Below the pieces are notes generated by a model. It was not told the DNA's origin. It made no database searches and saw only the letters and a program-made list of their open reading frames with translations. The position numbers and the translations under genes were made by a program. Source: Verrucomicrobiota bacterium (GTDB lineage Bacteria > Verrucomicrobiota > Verrucomicrobiia > Limisphaerales > UBA11358). From it: DNA of 62,707 nt. Every line of letters starts with the position of its first letter. Position 1 is the first letter of the stretch. Positions 49,241 through 57,986 of the stretch are shown one piece after another. The stretch spans positions 1 to 62,707 of the forward strand of contig JBEKMU010000007.1 of NCBI GenBank assembly GCA_049523555.1, in the 5' to 3' direction.

Positions 49241-50617
49241 TTAAATTGTCCTCGAATGTTTCCGCTCGCCCACGGGTGCGAGGGTGTTGTCGAAGCACAT
49301 CGCGATGTTGCGGATAAAAAGGCGGCCAATGTCCGTGACTTCGAGCCCGGTCGGCGTGCGTTTTACAAGCCCGTCGGCTTCAAGTGGCGCGAGCGCGGCG
49401 AGTTCGTTGGCGAAGTGCTGCGCGAAGTTGATGTCAAGCTTCGTGCTCATCGCGGCGTAATCGAGCGAGAGGTCGCACATGACGCGCATGATGGTTTCGC
49501 GGCGGATTTTGTCCTCGTCAGTCACGAAATACGCACGCTGCAGCGGCACACGGCCCGCATCCACGGCTTCCTGCCATTTCGGCAGTTCCTTTTCGTTCTG
49601 CCAGTAGGCGTCGGGTATCTGCGAGAGGCTCGACATGCCGAACGCGTAAATGTCCGCCCCGGCACGCGTGCTGTAACCCTGAAAATTACGCTGAAGCTGC
49701 TTTTTTTTCTGCGCCACGGCGAGCTCGTCGTCCGGCTTGGCGAAATGATCCATGCCGATATAGACGTATTGGCCGTTCGCCGTGAGTTTTTCGATGACGA
49801 GCTTGAGCACCCGCAATTTGGTTTCGGGCGCGGGCAGGATTTTCTGCTCCAAAATCTTCTGCGACGGCTTGATCCACGGCACGTGCGCGTAACTGAAAAC
49901 CGCCAACCGGTCCGGTTTCATTTCCAGCACGATATCGAGCGTTTCGTTGAACGACTCCGGCGTCTGGTGCGGCAGGCCGTAGATGAGGTCGAGGTTGATT
50001 GAGCCGAAGCCAAGTCCACGCATCCAATCCATCGCCTGCTGCGTCATCTCGCGCGGTTGGATGCGATGAATCGCCTCCTGTACTTTCGGGTTGAAATCCT
50101 GCACGCCCATCGAGGCACGGTTGAAGCCGATTTCGCGCAACGCAACCATATGGTCGCGCGTGAGCCGGCGCGGGTCCACTTCCACGCCCGCCTCGATGTC
50201 CGGCGAAAACGTGAAGTGTTTGTGGATGATTTCACCGAGCCGGCGGATTTCGTCCGGGCGCAGAAACGTCGGCGAACCGCCGCCGAAATGGAGCTGGACG
50301 ATCTTGCGCTGTTTGTTCAAACGCGGCGTGAGCTTCGCGACTTCGCATCCGAGGTGGTCAATGTAATCCCTGCCCTTGTCGTGATTGAGCGTGATGACGG
50401 TCGTGCAGCCGCAGAACCAGCAGAGCGTTTCGCAAAACGGGATGTGAAAATAAATCGAGAGGTCGCGGGCGGTGCGGTTGTTCTCGTCAATCTTCGCGGC
50501 GAGTTGTTCCCATGTGATCGCATCGGTGAATTTCGTCGCGGGCGGATAGCTGGTATAACGCGGCCCGGCCACGTTGTATTTCTGCACCAACTCCAGATCG
50601 ACGTTCAGCTTGCTCAT
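49241..50617 (-). CDS. hemN: oxygen-independent coproporphyrinogen III oxidase
   Basis: GPRYTSYP, HIPFCETLCWFCGC, GGGSPT, IGMDHF, RNFQGYS. Confidence 0.97.
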   Translation of the reverse strand: MSKLNVDLELVQKYNVAGPRYTSYPPATKFTDAITWEQLAAKIDENNRTARDLSIYFHIPFCETLCWFCGCTTVITLNHDKGRDYIDHLGCEVAKLTPRLNKQRKIVQLHFGGGSPTFLRPDEIRRLGEIIHKHFTFSPDIEAGVEVDPRRLTRDHMVALREIGFNRASMGVQDFNPKVQEAIHRIQPREMTQQAMDWMRGLGFGSINLDLIYGLPHQTPESFNETLDIVLEMKPDRLAVFSYAHVPWIKPSQKILEQKILPAPETKLRVLKLVIEKLTANGQYVYIGMDHFAKPDDELAVAQKKKQLQRNFQGYSTRAGADIYAFGMSSLSQIPDAYWQNEKELPKWQEAVDAGRVPLQRAYFVTDEDKIRRETIMRVMCDLSLDYAAMSTKLDINFAQHFANELAALAPLEADGLVKRTPTGLEVTDIGRLFIRNIAMCFDNTLAPVGERKHSRTI

Positions 50618-50628
50618 TTCCTTTTTAC

Positions 50629-50689
50629 CGTAGCAGCCGACGTTAGTCGGCTCTGACTAAACTAGAGCGGACTTACGTCCGCTGCTACG
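50629..50689. repeat. REP-like palindrome CGTAGCAGCCGACGT...ACGTCCGCTGCTACG
   Basis: Long intergenic inverted repeat with GTAG end, between hemE and hemN. Confidence 0.8.
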
Positions 50690-50695
50690 AAAGAT

Positions 50696-51784
50696 TCATT
50701 TGAAGTTTCTCACCGTTTCGACCAGCGCAGCGATATTTTCCAGCTTGGCCTCTGGCGGCACGCCGTGGCCGAGGTTGAAAATAAAGCCGTTGCGCCCGCG
50801 CATGGCTTCAAGCAGACGCGACGCTTCGGCGGCGACCGTCTCGGGCGTGGCGTCGCTGAGCAGCGCCGGGGCGAGATTGCCTTGAAGACCAATGTCGCCG
50901 GGCAGCAACCGGCGCGCGTTCGCCAACGGAAACCGCCAGTCAATGCCCAGCACGTTCGCACCGGTGGCCAGAAGGTCGTCCCAGTTGCCGTGCGTCCCGA
51001 GGGAAAAAACGATGATCGGGAGTTCGGCGTTCGAAGTTCGGAGTTCGGAAATAATTTCCTTCATCCAGCGGCCGGAAGCTTCCTGAAATTCCGTCGGCGC
51101 AAGCAGCCCGCCGTGGCTGTCGAAAATCTGGACCGCGTCCACGCCCGCTTTGATTTGCATTTGCAGGTGGGCGATGACAGCGGCGGTGAGTTTTTCGGCC
51201 AGTTCAAAATAGGCCTTGCGGTCCTTGCGAAACAGCGTCAGCGCGCGGGTGTAACGTTCGCTGCTGCCGCCTTCCATCATGAACGTCGCCAGCGTCCACG
51301 GCGACCCGGCAAAACCGATGAGCGCGGTCTGTTCGCCGAGCGTAGATTTGACGAGCCGCAGCGCGCGCGGGAGGTATTGCAGGCGTTCGGGCAGCGCCGT
51401 GGCGTCGAGCCGAGCGATGTCTGCCGCCGAACGCAGCGCAAAGTCCATTTGAATGCCGTTGTTTTCGTCGAAGCGATATTTTTGCCCCAAACCCTCGGCG
51501 GTGACGAGAATGTCGCTGAACAAAATCGCCGCGTCGAAGCCGAACCGGCGGACGGGCTGAAGCGTGACTTCGGCGGCGAGTTCGGGCGTTTGCACCAGTT
51601 CGAGAAAGGAATGTTTCTGCCGGAGCGCGCGATATTCCGGCAGCGCGCGCCCGGCCTGGCGCATGAGCCAGACGGGCGGACGATCCACTGGCTGGCACGC
51701 ACAGGCGTTGAGGAAACGCCGGCGGCTGGTCAGCGCGGTGGCGGCGGGCCGGGGCGGTTCGGCGGAAGCGGCAGTCGTTTGCAT
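50696..51784 (-). CDS. hemE: uroporphyrinogen decarboxylase
   Basis: PVWLMRQAGR, AAILFSDIL, GFAGSPWT, QIFDS, FNLGHG. Confidence 0.97.
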   Translation of the reverse strand: MQTTAASAEPPRPAATALTSRRRFLNACACQPVDRPPVWLMRQAGRALPEYRALRQKHSFLELVQTPELAAEVTLQPVRRFGFDAAILFSDILVTAEGLGQKYRFDENNGIQMDFALRSAADIARLDATALPERLQYLPRALRLVKSTLGEQTALIGFAGSPWTLATFMMEGGSSERYTRALTLFRKDRKAYFELAEKLTAAVIAHLQMQIKAGVDAVQIFDSHGGLLAPTEFQEASGRWMKEIISELRTSNAELPIIVFSLGTHGNWDDLLATGANVLGIDWRFPLANARRLLPGDIGLQGNLAPALLSDATPETVAAEASRLLEAMRGRNGFIFNLGHGVPPEAKLENIAALVETVRNFK

Positions 51785-51890
51785 TTCAACCCCATTGTTC
51801 TAGCATATCGCGCGGGTTTTGAACAGACGCAGTTTTGAAATTTTCCGGCGCAACTTTGACCAGGCGGCGGTTTTTAACTCAAAGGACACG

Positions 51891-52373
51891 ATGAAAAACG
51901 AGCCACTCCAAAACCCATTACGCGAACTGGCTTGGCGCCGGAAATTGACCGACGCCGAAAAAACCGGGTCGCGCGCGCAGCCGGAAGTGCAGGCTGACCT
52001 TGAACTTGAATCGCGCCTGAGCGAAGCGCTCGCACGCGTGCCGGACGCCCCCATGCCGTCGAATTTCACCGCTCGCGTGCTTCAGGCCATCGAACGCGAA
52101 GAGGCGCGCGGTGCGCAAACGCGAAGCTGGTCCTGGTATTGGCGCGTGCTCGTGCCCCGGGTCGCGGTGGCAGTGGCAGTCGTTGGACTCGCCGGTCTGG
52201 CGTATCAATATCACGCATTCGACCAGCGCGTCCAACTCGCCAAAGACGTCGCACTCCTGGCCCAGGCGCAGCCGTTGCCGAGCGTCGAGGCGCTGAACAA
52301 TTTTGACGCGATCCAGCGCATGAGCCAGACGACGCCGCGCGCGGACGACGAACTGCTGGCACTGCTCCAATGA
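51891..52373 (+). CDS. putative anti-sigma-factor-like membrane protein
   Basis: LSEALARVPDAPMPSNFTARVL followed by a TM helix. Confidence 0.6.
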   Translation: MKNEPLQNPLRELAWRRKLTDAEKTGSRAQPEVQADLELESRLSEALARVPDAPMPSNFTARVLQAIEREEARGAQTRSWSWYWRVLVPRVAVAVAVVGLAGLAYQYHAFDQRVQLAKDVALLAQAQPLPSVEALNNFDAIQRMSQTTPRADDELLALLQ

Positions 52374-53380
52374 ATTGCTCGCGGCAGGCGTGTTGGCGGA
52401 CCGTCGTCGTTCTTGCGGTCGCTCAAATCGCCATGCTCCCGCTCCCCGCCGCACCCGCCACGAATCTTCCGGCCCCGCACCGGTTGCTTTTTGCACCGAC
52501 GAACATTTTGCCACCGATGCCGCAGGTCAAGCCGCCGGTGGAATTTTTCCGCGAATTGCTGGCCATGACGCCAGCCGAACAGGAAAATTATCTGACCAAC
52601 CGCCCGCCGGAAATCCGCAGCCGCATCCTCGCCAAAATCCGTGAATATCAGGCGCTTGACCCCAACGAGCGCGAAATGCGGCTGCGCGCAACGGAATTGC
52701 GCTGGTATTTGCCGCCGTTGTTGCATGAATCACCGACCAACCGCACCGAACGGCTCGCGGCGGTCCCGGACGATTTGCGCGACCTTGTCAAGGCGCGCCT
52801 CGCTCAATGGGACATTTTGCCGCCGCCGTTGCAGCAGGAATTCCTCGAAAACAAACGCACGCTGCACTACTTCACGCACGTGGATTCCACCAACGGCCCG
52901 CCCACGCCGGGAGGCGGCTGGGAACGCACTCCGCCGGATTCCGATTTGGCGCGCTGGAACGCGCTTTCCGAAGATCAGCGCCAAAGGATCACGGACCAGT
53001 TCAACCAGTTTTTTGAACTCGCGCCGGTGGAAAAACAAAAAACCCTCGGCACCTTGTCCGACGCCGAGCGGCAGCAAATGGAGAAGACCTTGCAGGCGTT
53101 CAACCAACTGCCGCCACCGCAACGACTCCGGTGCATCCGCGCATTCACGGAATTCGCAGGCATGAGCGCGTCGGACAAACGGGAATTTATGAAGAACGCC
53201 GAGCGCTGGTCGCAGATGTCCCCGCAGGAACGCCAGACCTGGCGCGACCTCGTCGCCAACGTGCCCAAATGGCCGCCGATGCCGCCACCGCCCATGCCGC
53301 CCATGCCGCCCATGCCGTCGGCATCGTCAGTGCCAGCGACGCCGCATGTCCACCCGACGGTGGCCACCAATCACAATTGA
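52370..53380 (+). CDS. secreted DUF3106-like helical-repeat protein
   Basis: Signal peptide; repeated W/F-x-x-L/M-S/P-P-x-E/Q-R units; Pro-rich tail. Confidence 0.7.
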   Translation: MNCSRQACWRTVVVLAVAQIAMLPLPAAPATNLPAPHRLLFAPTNILPPMPQVKPPVEFFRELLAMTPAEQENYLTNRPPEIRSRILAKIREYQALDPNEREMRLRATELRWYLPPLLHESPTNRTERLAAVPDDLRDLVKARLAQWDILPPPLQQEFLENKRTLHYFTHVDSTNGPPTPGGGWERTPPDSDLARWNALSEDQRQRITDQFNQFFELAPVEKQKTLGTLSDAERQQMEKTLQAFNQLPPPQRLRCIRAFTEFAGMSASDKREFMKNAERWSQMSPQERQTWRDLVANVPKWPPMPPPPMPPMPPMPSASSVPATPHVHPTVATNHN

Positions 53381-53430
53381 GCGGCGAATTTCAATTTCCC
53401 ATTTCCACTGCGCCACTTTAGCCTTCTCCT

Positions 53431-54243
53431 GTGCATCCGATTGCGTTTCAACTCGGCTCCTTCACGATCCACTGGTACGGCGTGATGATTGCGCTGGCGT
53501 TTCTCGCCGGGCTTTGGACGGCCACGTTCCGCGCCCGCCGCGAAAACATCCCCGGCGAAAGAATCGCCGATGTCGTCCTGTGGCTGATGGTCGGCTCAAT
53601 CATCGGCGCACGTTTTGTTTATGTGACGACGTATTGGAAGGACGAATTTGCCGGCCAGCCGCTCTCGGAAATTTTCATGATTCAACACGGCGGCCTCGTC
53701 TATTACGGCGGGCTCATCGGCGCGATCCTTGCCGGTTTCATGTACCTTCGCTGGAAAAAAATGCCGCTGTGGAAAACCGCCGACGTGCTCGCGCCGAGCA
53801 TCGCGCTGGGAAACGTCTTTGGCCGCATCGGCTGCCTGCTCAACGGCTGCTGCTTTGGCCGCGCGTGCAGCCTGCCCTGGGCGATTCGATTTCCGAACCA
53901 ATCCGCAGCCTGGGAGCAACATTTTCAGGCCGGTTTGGTGGGCAGAGGTGACCCGTCATTGCCGGTACATCCGACGGAGATTTACGACGCGCTGGACAAT
54001 TTCATTCTTTACCTTCTGCTGGCCTGGCTGTTTCGCCACAAGAAATTCGATGGGCAGGTGTTCGCCACTTATCTCATCGGCTACGCCGTGACCCGCATCA
54101 TCATGGAATGTTTCCGCGGCGATTATCCGCCCGACCACATTCACTACGGCCTCACGCCGGGCGAACTCGTCAGCTTCCCCATTTTCATTGCCGGTCTCGC
54201 CCTCGCCGCGGCGCTCTCGCGGCGTGAGCCGAAACGAGGATAG
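53431..54243 (+). CDS. lgt: prolipoprotein diacylglyceryl transferase
   Basis: IHWYG, GARF.YV, GGLVYYGG, GRIGCLLNGCCFG, HPTEIY. Confidence 0.95.
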   Translation: MHPIAFQLGSFTIHWYGVMIALAFLAGLWTATFRARRENIPGERIADVVLWLMVGSIIGARFVYVTTYWKDEFAGQPLSEIFMIQHGGLVYYGGLIGAILAGFMYLRWKKMPLWKTADVLAPSIALGNVFGRIGCLLNGCCFGRACSLPWAIRFPNQSAAWEQHFQAGLVGRGDPSLPVHPTEIYDALDNFILYLLLAWLFRHKKFDGQVFATYLIGYAVTRIIMECFRGDYPPDHIHYGLTPGELVSFPIFIAGLALAAALSRREPKRG

Positions 54244-54260
54244 CGGATGGAGGATTGAAG

Positions 54261-55217
54261 ATGGCAAAACCCTATCTCCCATCTCCGATCTCCCATCTCC
54301 CGATCCTCATCGCCGGCCCGACCGCCGTCGGCAAATCCCAAATCGCGTTGCAACTCGCCGAACAGCTCGGCGGCGAAATCATTTCCGCCGATTCCATGCA
54401 GGTCTATCGTGGACTCGACATCGGCACGGCCAAACCGTCGTCCGCCGAACGCGCCCGCGTGCCGCATCACCTGATTGACATCTGCGACCTGACCGAATTG
54501 TTCGACGCCGCGCAATTTGCCCGGCTCGCGCACAGTGCCGTGGCGAAAATCCAGTCGCACGGGCGTGTGCCAATTCTCTGTGGCGGCACCGGACTTTACC
54601 TCAAGGCGTTTCTCGAAGGACTCGGCGAAGCGCCGTCCGCCGACGCCAAGTTGCGCGCCGAACTCGAAGCCACACCGTTGGAAAACCTGCTGGAAGAATT
54701 GCGCGAACGCGATCCGGTCACGTTTGAAAAAATTGACAAAAAAAATCCGCGCCGCGTTGTGCGTGCCGTGGAAGTGATTCGTCTGACCGGCCAACCTTTC
54801 TCCAAACAGCGCGCGGACTGGAACACACATCACGCATCACGCATCACGCATCATTTTTACTGCTTCACGCGAACGCCTGCCGACTCGCACGCCCGCATCA
54901 ACGTCCGCGTGGATGCGATGTTCGCGCACGGTTTGGTGGAGGAGACGCGCGAACTGCTCAAGCGCGGCCTTGCGCAAAACAAAACGGCCATGCAGGCCAT
55001 CGGCTACCGGCAGGTGGTGGAACATTTGCGCGGTGAACGATCATTAAAGGAAACCATCGAGCTGGTGAAGATCCGCACGCGGCAATTTGCCAAACGCCAA
55101 CTGACCTGGTTTCGCGCCCAGAAGAATCTCGAGTGGATTGAATTGAACCCGGGCGGATCGCTTGAAAAACGTCTGCAAGAAATTTCTTGTGCGGTTCAGA
55201 ATCAAAACCGAATATGA
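54261..55217 (+). CDS. miaA: tRNA dimethylallyltransferase
   Basis: GPTAVGKS, SADSMQVYRGLDIGTAKP, GGTGLY, AIGY, FAKRQLTWFR. Confidence 0.97.
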   Translation: MAKPYLPSPISHLPILIAGPTAVGKSQIALQLAEQLGGEIISADSMQVYRGLDIGTAKPSSAERARVPHHLIDICDLTELFDAAQFARLAHSAVAKIQSHGRVPILCGGTGLYLKAFLEGLGEAPSADAKLRAELEATPLENLLEELRERDPVTFEKIDKKNPRRVVRAVEVIRLTGQPFSKQRADWNTHHASRITHHFYCFTRTPADSHARINVRVDAMFAHGLVEETRELLKRGLAQNKTAMQAIGYRQVVEHLRGERSLKETIELVKIRTRQFAKRQLTWFRAQKNLEWIELNPGGSLEKRLQEISCAVQNQNRI

Positions 55218-55369
55218 TTCCAGTCCTGTGGAAATGGCTTGGGCGACGCCGGCGATAATGATGGTTGCCGCTCACGATGCGCGCGAATTCGATGCGCGTG
55301 TGCCAGTTCCCTGTGTACCTGTCCGCCGCCGGTCCACCTGAAAGACGAATGAGCACTTGAATTCTGCCT

Positions 55370-57859
55370 GTGCGTATTTCAACAGCAAACAAGGGAGAAG
55401 GGAAATCCACCCGGAAGAGGCTTCCAGGGTTGCTCGTCGTAATCGCCGGCATCATTTTGGGACAGGCGGTTTTATATGGGCCCTCATTGATTGGGCAGAA
55501 AATCCTTTTGCCGCTGGATATTCTCGCCCAACCGGGTTTCTACATTCCTGCAACGCCGGAAACGGCAAAAATCGTGCCGCACGACTTGATCTTGTCCGAC
55601 TTGATTTTGCAATGGGAACCGGCACGGCAATTCGCCATTTCCGAGATGTACCAAGGCCGTTTTCCCTTATGGGCACCGTATCAATATGGGGGCGTCCCTT
55701 GCGTGTGGCCCAAATACTCGCTTTTTCTGCTTCTGGAATGTCTTGCCAAAACACCGGTGATACTTGCCTGGGTGCAACTCTTCGCCGCACTGGTGACAGG
55801 TATGGGAATGTATGTTTTTTGTCGGAGGGTATTGATGGTCAGCTTTTGGCCGGCGGCCGTTTGCGCGTGGTGTTATCCTTTGACGGCCTTTTTTGTTCTG
55901 TGGCAGGGTATCCCAACGGGCTTGGCCGTATACTGGCTGCCGTGGCTTTTTCTGTTGGTTGATCAAACCATCCGGGGCATTAATCCCCTGGCCGTCATTG
56001 GTTTAAGCGTCGTCACATTCCTGGTAATAACCAGCGGCACCATTGACGTTGCCGGACAGGTACTCCTGGGTTCTGGAATTTATGCAATCTGGTGTTTGCG
56101 GGATGCACATCCCGGCGGATGGTTCCACCGGAAATTCCGAACGGCAATCGCGATGCTGGTTCTTGGCTGGGGACTTGGATTTTTACTGGCGACTCCGCAC
56201 CTGTTGCCTCTGCTGGAATACGCACAATCAAGTTCCCGTATGGCGCAGCGCAGCGAAGGTGTAGAGGAGCGACCACCAGTTGGTTTGGCGGCGTTGCCTC
56301 AAGTTTTATTGCCAGACATGTATGGCACAACGGCAAAAGGCAGTTGCTTTATCGGATTCGGAGAGCCAAATCTAATGGAAAGTCCGTCCGCAGCCTATGC
56401 TGGTATTTTTGCCGCCTTGTTGGTCGCACCTCTGGCATGGTTAAGCAGACATCATCGCGCCATCAATGTCTTCTGGGTTTTTCTCGTTTTCTTTGGATTA
56501 AGCTGGTGTCTGAATGTTCCGGGTTTCGTTGATCTGTTGCGTCTGCCGGGATTGAACATGATGTCTCATAATCGCCTGGTGTTCCTGACCTCCTTCGCCA
56601 TTCTCGCCATGACTGCCATCGGGCTTGAAACGCTTTTGCAGGGCTTCATCAACCGGCGATGGTGGTTCTGGTTGCCGGCGATTTTGCTGGTTGGACTTTG
56701 CGGTTGGTGCATCTACCGCAGCATGGTTCTACCCGAACCCATCGCCACCCAGCTGCGGTTCCCCGTTTCTGACGGAAAATATTTCGGGCAAATTCGGGAC
56801 ATTGAAGACGTGCGGCAGGTTCAAGCATGGTTTGTCCGGCATTACCTTGTTATGGCCGTGTTTTGTGGCCTGGGTTTTTTAGGCTGGCTGTTGCTGTGGT
56901 TCCAAAAGGCGGGGCGTTTTTATCTGATGCCGGCGCTGGTGATTTTTCTAATGGGAGATCTGCTGTGGTTTGGCCATTGCCGCAGTGCCCAATGTGACCC
57001 CGCGCTTTACTATCCGGAGATTCCGGTTCTGAATGCAGTTGCCCATTCCACGCCTGCCCGGCTGATTGGCGACCTGCCAGCTCCGCTTGCGTCAATGCAG
57101 GGCTTGAGCGATATCCGGGGATATGATGCCATTGATCCGGCGCGAATGGTGTCCCTCTTAAAACCAGTCGCTGCCCCGGAAAGCGTGATACCCTCTTACG
57201 CACAAACCATGTTGCTGCTGCCGAAAGAAGAGTTTACCCCGCCATCCACCATACGACTTCCCCCCATTTTAGACATGCTCAACGTGCGCTACGTCATCTT
57301 TCGCGGCACTCCCTCCCAAACAATGCAACCGGCGTTTCAAGGAAACGACTATTTCGTATTTGTCAATTCCAATGCCCTCCCCAGAGTGTTCGTTCCAACG
57401 TCCGTGACAATCATTACCAACGATGAAGATGAATTGATGGAATTGTCATCGCCGCAATTCAAGCCGGCAGATATCGCCTGCGTCGAATCGTCCGTCGAAC
57501 TGCCCGCCCGCTGCCGCGGCACGGCGCAAATCACCAAGGAAATTCCAACGCACATCACCATCTCGGCGCAAATGGAAACGCCGGGATTAATCGTGCTGGC
57601 CGACCGATGGGACAAAGGCTGGCGCGCATTGTGGAACGGCCGGCCGGCACCCATCCTCCGGGTGAATTACGCAATTCGTGGCGTTGTGGTGCCAGCCGGG
57701 ACCGGAACATTGGAATTCATTTATAAACCGGCGAGTTTGGTTCTTGGGTTGTGGCTGGCCGGTCTGGCGGCCACGACTCTGCTGTGCTGGCTGGCTGTCA
57801 TCCGGATGAGATCCCGGTCTCGGCAAATCAAATCCCCCGATGAAGCCACTACCCGGTAA
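55370..57859 (+). CDS. YfhO-like GT-C membrane protein
   Basis: PLWAPYQYGGVP, GYDA, LNVRYV, ALPRVF, GWRALWNG...RGVVVPAG. Confidence 0.85.
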   Translation: MRISTANKGEGKSTRKRLPGLLVVIAGIILGQAVLYGPSLIGQKILLPLDILAQPGFYIPATPETAKIVPHDLILSDLILQWEPARQFAISEMYQGRFPLWAPYQYGGVPCVWPKYSLFLLLECLAKTPVILAWVQLFAALVTGMGMYVFCRRVLMVSFWPAAVCAWCYPLTAFFVLWQGIPTGLAVYWLPWLFLLVDQTIRGINPLAVIGLSVVTFLVITSGTIDVAGQVLLGSGIYAIWCLRDAHPGGWFHRKFRTAIAMLVLGWGLGFLLATPHLLPLLEYAQSSSRMAQRSEGVEERPPVGLAALPQVLLPDMYGTTAKGSCFIGFGEPNLMESPSAAYAGIFAALLVAPLAWLSRHHRAINVFWVFLVFFGLSWCLNVPGFVDLLRLPGLNMMSHNRLVFLTSFAILAMTAIGLETLLQGFINRRWWFWLPAILLVGLCGWCIYRSMVLPEPIATQLRFPVSDGKYFGQIRDIEDVRQVQAWFVRHYLVMAVFCGLGFLGWLLLWFQKAGRFYLMPALVIFLMGDLLWFGHCRSAQCDPALYYPEIPVLNAVAHSTPARLIGDLPAPLASMQGLSDIRGYDAIDPARMVSLLKPVAAPESVIPSYAQTMLLLPKEEFTPPSTIRLPPILDMLNVRYVIFRGTPSQTMQPAFQGNDYFVFVNSNALPRVFVPTSVTIITNDEDELMELSSPQFKPADIACVESSVELPARCRGTAQITKEIPTHITISAQMETPGLIVLADRWDKGWRALWNGRPAPILRVNYAIRGVVVPAGTGTLEFIYKPASLVLGLWLAGLAATTLLCWLAVIRMRSRSRQIKSPDEATTR

Positions 57860-57871
57860 GGTTCGTGATCC

Positions 57872-57959
57872 TCGCGCCCAGACAAACCGGGAGTGGATTG
57901 AATTGCAGCCGGATGAGTCGCTGGAAAACCTGGCTAATTTTTTCCGCGGGACATGCTGA
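57872..57959 (+). repeat. second copy of miaA 3' end
   Basis: RAQTNREWIELQPDESLENLANFFRGTC*; shares GAGTGGATTGAATTG (57891-57905) with 55131-55145. Confidence 0.92.
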
Positions 57960-57986
57960 AGGTTTGCCGGAGGAATTTCGCCAGCG

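Noticed and set aside
9041-51838. Long antisense or alternate-frame ORFs (e.g. 9041..10480, 17310..18458, 24259..25467, 37734..38918, 44569..46077, 50765..51838)
   Set aside because: Shadow ORFs of GC-rich genes; no motifs, and each overlaps a well-supported gene.
53270-53320. CCGCCCATG tandem repeat
   Set aside because: Encodes an ordinary low-complexity PPM linker in the DUF3106-like protein.
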